Shown: piece by piece, positions 58,548 to 64,000 of the stretch
Layout: each line of letters starts with the position of its first letter
Position numbering within the stretch: position 1 is the first letter of the stretch
Source of the DNA: Terriglobia bacterium
GTDB taxonomy: Bacteria; Acidobacteriota; Terriglobia; Versatilivoradales; Versatilivoraceae
Length of the DNA stretch: 64,000 nt
Direction of reading: 5' to 3'
Assembly: GCA_041476565.1 (NCBI GenBank)
Contig: JBGOTQ010000002.1
Location: 773 to 64,772, forward strand
Program-made: the position numbers and the translations under genes
Notes under the pieces: model-generated
The model's database searches: none
What the model was told of the DNA's origin: nothing
The model's input: the letters and a program-made list of their open reading frames with translations, nothing else

Positions 58548-60197
58548 ATGAATCAGAAAACTCTAAATCTGTCGGAAACGAAAACGCAAACCAAGTTGGA
58601 TCCGAAGCCTACCCGGCAGGATGAAGAACGAGAAGCGCGCCGGCTGGCTGAGCGCTATCGCTTGGAGTTCGTTGACCTCAAGAATTATCCGATTGATCCT
58701 GAGTTGTTTCGCACCATTCCGGCAGATCTGATGTTTCGATACAATTTTGTGCCCCTAAAACCGGTTGGTGCGAGGCTTATAGTCGCCGTTGCTGATCCCA
58801 GCGAATTGTTGTTGACTGATGAACTGGGGGTGCTGCTTAACAAGAAGCTCCTTGTAAGGGTGGCTGCCCCCTCCCAGATTGGCGATATCCTGAAAAAGAG
58901 CGAATCGTCCCAAAGGGTATTGGAGGAAGCAACAGAAGGATTCACGCTGGATTTGATCAAGGAGAATGAGGCGGGCGAAGAGATCATATCCATCGAAAAA
59001 CTCACCAGTGAGGCCGAGAACCCGATTATCCGGTTGGTCGATTCAACCATCTTCAATGCGCTGGAGCGCCGTGCCAGCGATATCCACGTTGAAACCGGAG
59101 ACAATGAGGTCATCATCAAGTACCGGGTTGACGGCGTCCTGCAGCAGGCCATGCAGCCCATTGCCAAAGAACATCATTCGACCATCATCTCGCGCATCAA
59201 AGTCATGTCAGAACTCGACATCTCCGAGCGCCGCATCCCGCAGGACGGCCGATTCCGTGTGCGGTACAAAGGCCGCTTGATCGATTTTCGAGTGTCAATC
59301 ATGCCATCTATCCACGGTGAGGACGCAGTGTTGCGCGTCCTGGATAAGGAGGCGATGAGTGAAAAATTCCGGCAACTAAGCCTCGATGTCGTCGGCTTTT
59401 CGGAGGCGGATCTCAAAAAATTCCGCCGCTACATCAGTGAACCCTATGGAATGGTGCTGGTCACCGGGCCGACCGGCAGCGGGAAAACCACGACCCTTTA
59501 CGCGGCTTTGTCGGAAATCAAGAGTGACGAAGACAAGATCATCACGATCGAGGACCCGGTCGAATACCAGATCCGCGGAATCACTCAGATTCCTGTCAAT
59601 GAGAAGAAGGGTCTCACTTTTGCCCGCGGTCTGCGGTCCATTCTGCGCCACGATCCCGACAAAATCATGGTTGGGGAAATCCGAGATCCCGAGACGGCCC
59701 AAATCGCAATCCAGTCAGCCCTGACGGGGCATTTAGTGTTCACGACAGTTCACGCCAACAACGTGGTCGATGTGCTGGGCCGTTTCCTCAACATGGGGGT
59801 CGAACCTTACAACTTTGTGTCGGCCCTCAACTGTATCCTGGCACAACGCCTGGTTCGTGTCATTTGCGAACAGTGCAAACACTCAATGAAACAGGGCGAC
59901 CGCGCGTTGTCCGAATCCGGCCTCGACCCCAAGCTTTATATGGATCATCCGTTTTACGAAGGAATGGGCTGTCTGGACTGCGGCGGTACGGGATACCGAG
60001 GACGTACCGCAATCCATGAGTTGCTCGATCTTTCCGATCGAATTCGCGAGATGATCCTGGAGAGGAAGCCTGCTTCTGAAATCAAACGAGTGGCTCATGA
60101 GGAAGGGATGACGTTCCTCAGGGAATCTGCCGTGCAAAAAGTCCTGGCAGGGGAGACAACTCTGAAAGAAATTAACAAAGTTACATTCATCGAGTAA
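58548..60197 (+). CDS. pilB: type IV pilus assembly ATPase PilB (GspE family)
   Basis: It has an N-terminal GspE_N domain, Walker A GPTGSGKTT, Asp/His boxes and a tetracysteine motif (CEQC...CLDCGG). Confidence 0.9.
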   Translation: MNQKTLNLSETKTQTKLDPKPTRQDEEREARRLAERYRLEFVDLKNYPIDPELFRTIPADLMFRYNFVPLKPVGARLIVAVADPSELLLTDELGVLLNKKLLVRVAAPSQIGDILKKSESSQRVLEEATEGFTLDLIKENEAGEEIISIEKLTSEAENPIIRLVDSTIFNALERRASDIHVETGDNEVIIKYRVDGVLQQAMQPIAKEHHSTIISRIKVMSELDISERRIPQDGRFRVRYKGRLIDFRVSIMPSIHGEDAVLRVLDKEAMSEKFRQLSLDVVGFSEADLKKFRRYISEPYGMVLVTGPTGSGKTTTLYAALSEIKSDEDKIITIEDPVEYQIRGITQIPVNEKKGLTFARGLRSILRHDPDKIMVGEIRDPETAQIAIQSALTGHLVFTTVHANNVVDVLGRFLNMGVEPYNFVSALNCILAQRLVRVICEQCKHSMKQGDRALSESGLDPKLYMDHPFYEGMGCLDCGGTGYRGRTAIHELLDLSDRIREMILERKPASEIKRVAHEEGMTFLRESAVQKVLAGETTLKEINKVTFIE

Positions 60198-60200
60198 TTC

Positions 60201-61205
60201 ATGGCTTTAAAGAGGTTCAACGAGCGCATCTACAAATTCTTTCAGCCTGGCTTGCCTCCAATCAGTTGCGAGATTTCTCAGGAATTTGTCTCCGTGGTAC
60301 GCCTCAACGCCAAGGACCCCGCTATTGTCGAACGCTCAGTAGTGACTCCAATTCCAGAGGGTTTAGTGACTCCCTCACTCAGCCAACCCAACATCAGATC
60401 AATTCCGGATCTCTCGGATCTCTTGAAGTCGAGCCTGGCAAGGGCTGAGATCAAGACCAACAAGATTTCTGTGGCCGTCCCTGACAGTTCGGTTAAGGTG
60501 GCTATTCTCAGCTTTGACAAACTCCCCGGCAATGAAAATGAGAGGCAACAACTCTTAAAATGGCGGCTGAAGAAGACTACCCCGTTCAATGTGGAGGACT
60601 CTCACGTTGCCTATTATCAGCAACAAGGGGCGAACGGCAAAATCAGTGTTGTGACGGTGGTTGTTTACCGGGAAGTTCTCGCGCAATACGAAGCTCTCTT
60701 TCGAGGTCTAGGGATGCAAGCCGGTTTTATTACTCCGGCGTCATTGGCGGCTTTTGAACTGCTGGCGCGCTCGGAACCTTCGGCTTTGAAGGGATCGATT
60801 CTCTTCGTGCACTGGAATAGTTCGTCTCTTTCCGCCCTGATAGTGCGAGAGACCTCCGTTGTGTTCTTCCGCCATCTGGATTACTTCGACGGGGAAGGAA
60901 GAAATGGAGCTGGCTTGGAGGCTTCGAACGTAGCAGAAAGAGAACGAGAATCCATCTACGACGAGATCCACCCTTGTCTGATGTACTATCAAGACAAACT
61001 AGGGGACGTCGGCGTGGATAAGATCTACATCCTGGCACGCCAGGAACTGGGGCTGCCAAGTCTGGAATTCCTTTCACAGAAAACGGGAAGCCCTGTAGTG
61101 AATTTGGATCCCTTGCATTTGTTCCGCAGCCACCCGGCGGGGTACCTGCCAATGTCGAAGAATGCGTTGGCACCCGCGCTGGGCCTGGCCCTGGGGAGCG
61201 CCTAA
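60201..61205 (+). CDS. pilM: type IV pilus assembly protein PilM-like
   Basis: It is an actin-like ATPase-fold protein of 334 aa, placed immediately upstream of the pilN and pilO homologues. Confidence 0.65.
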   Translation: MALKRFNERIYKFFQPGLPPISCEISQEFVSVVRLNAKDPAIVERSVVTPIPEGLVTPSLSQPNIRSIPDLSDLLKSSLARAEIKTNKISVAVPDSSVKVAILSFDKLPGNENERQQLLKWRLKKTTPFNVEDSHVAYYQQQGANGKISVVTVVVYREVLAQYEALFRGLGMQAGFITPASLAAFELLARSEPSALKGSILFVHWNSSSLSALIVRETSVVFFRHLDYFDGEGRNGAGLEASNVAERERESIYDEIHPCLMYYQDKLGDVGVDKIYILARQELGLPSLEFLSQKTGSPVVNLDPLHLFRSHPAGYLPMSKNALAPALGLALGSA

Positions 61206-61769
61206 ATGATAAGGGTCAACCTGAATCTATCGTCCAATCCGTTTGTCAATAACCGGAGTTTTTACTTGTTAGCCGGGTGCCTCTTTTTGCTCTTGGTTGG
61301 CCTGTCTTACTGGAATGTTGCTTTGCAGCGGAAGGTTCACGCTCGGAAGGTCAAGATGGACTCGTCACTCAGTCAAAGCCGGGAGCAGTTTGGGAAGATG
61401 GAGCGGGAAGAAGAAGAGATTAAATCACGGCTCCTGAAGCCTGAGACAGCCGATTTCCTGGAAACGGTCGAGTTTGTGAATCAGTTGATCGAGAGAAAGA
61501 CCTTTTCCTGGACGGCACTCTTAAACGATTTGGAACAACTGACCCCGGGGAGTATTCAGGTGGTGTCCATCCGCCCCAGAGTGGTCAAGAATGAATTCGG
61601 AATTGAAATCACAGCGAATGCCCGGAACAGCGCTGATTATATCGAGTTTATAAAAAACCTGGAGAATTCTGACAAGTTCCAAAACCTAACACCCATTTAT
61701 GAGGATTTGTCCAAGACTCCCGGGTTTTCTGGGAAGCAGATTTCTATCGCTGTCAGGTACAAACGATGA
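61206..61769 (+). CDS. pilN: type IV pilus assembly protein PilN-like
   Basis: It begins MIRVNLNLSS, has a single TM helix and a coiled-coil periplasmic domain. Confidence 0.65.
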   Translation: MIRVNLNLSSNPFVNNRSFYLLAGCLFLLLVGLSYWNVALQRKVHARKVKMDSSLSQSREQFGKMEREEEEIKSRLLKPETADFLETVEFVNQLIERKTFSWTALLNDLEQLTPGSIQVVSIRPRVVKNEFGIEITANARNSADYIEFIKNLENSDKFQNLTPIYEDLSKTPGFSGKQISIAVRYKR

Positions 61770-62320
61770 TTGTTAAAGAGAAACCTCGACGGCTCATTTA
61801 CGGTTTGCTTCTTGCATTGATCGCCGCAAATCTCCCTCTCTATCTCGTCTTTGTTCGCCCCGAAGGCGAAGCTGTTTCAATTGAAGCCCAGAGAATAGAA
61901 CAGGCAAGCGTGGAACTTCGCGAAAAAAAATCGTCCATTAACACAGTGAAAGAAATTGAAGTGAAGTTGGCAGAGTCACGCAAGGCCAGGAAGGAGTTAG
62001 GGACTCGTTACCTTTTCTCCAGGAGCAAGGTCAGTTCCGAACTCCTCAATGAATTGGATCAGATCTGTGCTCAAGCCGGGTTGCTGCGCAATCGGGTGGC
62101 TTTTAGCTATGGTGCTGAATCGGAATTCGGCTACCAGCGGCTTTCTCTCACCCTACCTGTACAGGGCACCTATTCGAATATAAGGAAATTCCTTAATGTT
62201 CTGGAAAGCCGATCTAAACTGATCATAGTGGATTCCATGGTCCTGCAATCCGAAAAAGAGGGCACTGGCTTGATCCAAATGGACATGAATTTGTCTACTT
62301 ACTTTCCTGTGCAACCATGA
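61766..62320 (+). CDS. pilO: type IV pilus assembly protein PilO-like
   Basis: It has a single N-terminal TM helix and a coiled-coil periplasmic domain. An ATGA overlap with pilN suggests translational coupling. Confidence 0.55.
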   Translation: MIVKEKPRRLIYGLLLALIAANLPLYLVFVRPEGEAVSIEAQRIEQASVELREKKSSINTVKEIEVKLAESRKARKELGTRYLFSRSKVSSELLNELDQICAQAGLLRNRVAFSYGAESEFGYQRLSLTLPVQGTYSNIRKFLNVLESRSKLIIVDSMVLQSEKEGTGLIQMDMNLSTYFPVQP

Positions 62321-62955
62321 AGACTCCCAAGCAGAAGAGGCAGATGGCTATTCTCGGAGTACTGGGTCTGGGGCTGGCGACGAGCCTGTACTATGCGATT
62401 CGAACATCCAATTCCGGGCTTCAACTCAGTCTTACTAAGCCGGCGGCCGGCTCCGGCCGTGCTCTGCAGGGGTTGGTGATCGAGCACAGTCGGGCCAGAG
62501 GGAAAAAAAGTATTTCCCTGGTGGGCGTCGACCCGAAAATCCATTTGGAGAGACTCGCCGGATTTAGTCCAGGAATTCCCTTGAATGCCCGGAACATGTT
62601 TGCGTTTGAATCTGCACCTCCCCCGACTGAGGGGAAGTCCAAAGCCGGGAAAGGCTACCGGCCAGGGGGACCATCAGAAGAAGCAAAAGGCGGGACTCCA
62701 CCTCCTATTGCTACGCCTGTCGGACCACCTCCACCGCCGCCGGTGGTCATCAACTTGAAGTTTTACGGTGTGAAGGTCGATCTGGAGACCAAGAAACGTC
62801 AAGGTTTCTTTGCCGATGGTGACGCGATGTACCTGGCAGGAGAGGGTGATCTGGTTGGGAACCGTTATCGAATTTTGAAAGTGGCTGAAGCTTTCGCCGA
62901 GATTGAGGAAGTCAGCAGTAAGGCTCACCGCCAGCTACCTATGGTAACGCAATGA
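62317..62955 (+). CDS. PilP-like lipoprotein (Pro-rich linker plus C-terminal beta domain)
   Basis: A signal/anchor sequence, a PPPPPP linker and its position after pilO support this call. The start overlaps the pilO stop. Confidence 0.45.
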   Translation: MKTPKQKRQMAILGVLGLGLATSLYYAIRTSNSGLQLSLTKPAAGSGRALQGLVIEHSRARGKKSISLVGVDPKIHLERLAGFSPGIPLNARNMFAFESAPPPTEGKSKAGKGYRPGGPSEEAKGGTPPPIATPVGPPPPPPVVINLKFYGVKVDLETKKRQGFFADGDAMYLAGEGDLVGNRYRILKVAEAFAEIEEVSSKAHRQLPMVTQ

Positions 62956-63079
62956 GGGGACAGAAGGTGGAGAATAGGGAATAGGGGCTAGCGGCTAGCG
63001 GTTAACACCTGACACCCAGCACCCAGCGCCTGTTCCCACTCCTGACTGAATTGAATTCAAGAGTTATCGTTAATACCCT

Positions 63080-63880
63080 ATGGCTCGAATGGGCAAGTTT
63101 ACCGGTGAAGTTGGCTTTTCGTTGGCCACAGTGATGGTGTTCACAACCATCTTGCTGGTGGGGCTTTCGGAAGCTGTAGTCAACTGGCAAAAGGCCATGC
63201 AACGTGAAAGAGAAGAAGAACTCATCTTTCGCGGCAAACAGTACATCCGTGCCATTGGTCTCTGGCAGAGGAAGTTCCCCGGTACACTCCCCACTACCAT
63301 TGACGCCCTTCTAAATACCAACAACACCAGATTCCTCAGAAAGCGCTGGAAGGACCCGATCACCAATTCTGAAGAATGGCGATTAATTAAGATGAATCCG
63401 GACGGCACTATTTCGGGGCTAACCATTGTGCCCAGTACCGTCAGCACTCGGGACGTGAATATTCCGGGCGCGCCAACCGCGGGGCAGCGGTCGACGACGG
63501 GGAATCCTCTGTCGATCTCTCCAACCGGGGGCTCATCAACAGGAACACAACTTGGCGGACAAGGACTGGGGACCCAGGGCAATCCGTTAAATATGGGTTC
63601 CGTCCAGGCATCCGATCCGAGACGCTCAACTTTGCAAGGCTCCGGATCACCTGTGCTCGGAGGAATTGTCGGAGTCGCCAGCAAGAGCGAGAAGGAGTCT
63701 CTGAAGACGTATAATGGGAGAAATAAGTACAACGAATGGGAATTCTATTTTATCTCTCAAGCTCCGATTCAGACAGGGGCGCCCCAGGGCCAAGGAACCA
63801 AGACGGCTACCCCAGGTTCGCCCGCCGGACCGGGAGCTGTTCAGCCGCCTTTTCGCGGATCGGGTCTCCCTCAGCAATAG
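63080..63880 (+). CDS. GspG-like pseudopilin with an atypical N-terminus and a Gly/Thr/Pro-rich C-terminal extension
   Basis: The sequence G-FSLATVMVF lacks Glu at position +5. The GspG-like core is LWQRKFPGTLPTT...RFLRKRWKDPITNSEEWRLI, followed by a tail of about 120 aa rich in G/T/P/S. Confidence 0.55.
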   Translation: MARMGKFTGEVGFSLATVMVFTTILLVGLSEAVVNWQKAMQREREEELIFRGKQYIRAIGLWQRKFPGTLPTTIDALLNTNNTRFLRKRWKDPITNSEEWRLIKMNPDGTISGLTIVPSTVSTRDVNIPGAPTAGQRSTTGNPLSISPTGGSSTGTQLGGQGLGTQGNPLNMGSVQASDPRRSTLQGSGSPVLGGIVGVASKSEKESLKTYNGRNKYNEWEFYFISQAPIQTGAPQGQGTKTATPGSPAGPGAVQPPFRGSGLPQQ

Positions 63881-64000
63881 CGCAATCATCAAATGACCGT
63901 GCCATCCGGAATGACTGCAAACTTTGGAATGACCACAATCTTATTTCTGACATGGAAGTTGTCGCCGTCGTGATTGGTCCAATCTTCCGTGTTTCGAATT

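Overview
This 64-kb window is moderately GC-rich and looks like it comes from an Acidobacteria- or Deltaproteobacteria-like chromosome. Roughly the first 19 kb are housekeeping genes: an acyl-CoA synthetase, a HemK-family methyltransferase, nadE, a Fis-like HTH protein, cvpA, a PHP phosphoesterase, purC, smc, an unusual TonB-C-terminal-domain protein, a CPBP protease, a VWA protein, a TPR protein and recA. From about 19.9 kb to 55.2 kb there is a large, almost gap-free accessory island. It starts with three big polytopic membrane proteins on the + strand (a YfhO-like protein and two GT-C-like proteins). A long minus-strand block follows: two tandem type IV pilin genes with Ser/Thr-rich C-terminal tails, then a PilGHI-like ABC transporter with a TPR membrane protein. 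Next to the pilins are an O-antigen-ligase (Wzy_C) domain protein fused to TPR repeats, which resembles the PglL/TfpO pilin O-oligosaccharyltransferases, and a TMTC/PMT-like GT39 protein with TPR repeats. The block also encodes a polyprenol-phosphate sugar synthase-type GT2, a WecA/MraY-like initiating transferase, eight further GT2/GT4 glycosyltransferases, an ArnT-like GT-C enzyme, a Wzx flippase and a DegT-type sugar aminotransferase. Eight class-I SAM methyltransferases are interleaved with these, two carrying N-terminal zinc ribbons. The last 7 kb hold a type IV pilus assembly cluster (pilC, a four-helix-bundle protein, pilB, pilM, pilN, pilO, a PilP-like protein and a GspG-like pseudopilin) behind a LolA-like gene. 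My main proposal is that the island is a previously undescribed pilin or general protein O-glycosylation system that builds a heavily O-methylated oligosaccharide on undecaprenyl phosphate. A second novelty is a modular family of GC-rich structured repeat elements at four intergenic loci. These share conserved sequence blocks, and their stems differ in sequence between copies while staying complementary. I found no rRNA, tRNA, CRISPR array, transposase or integrase.
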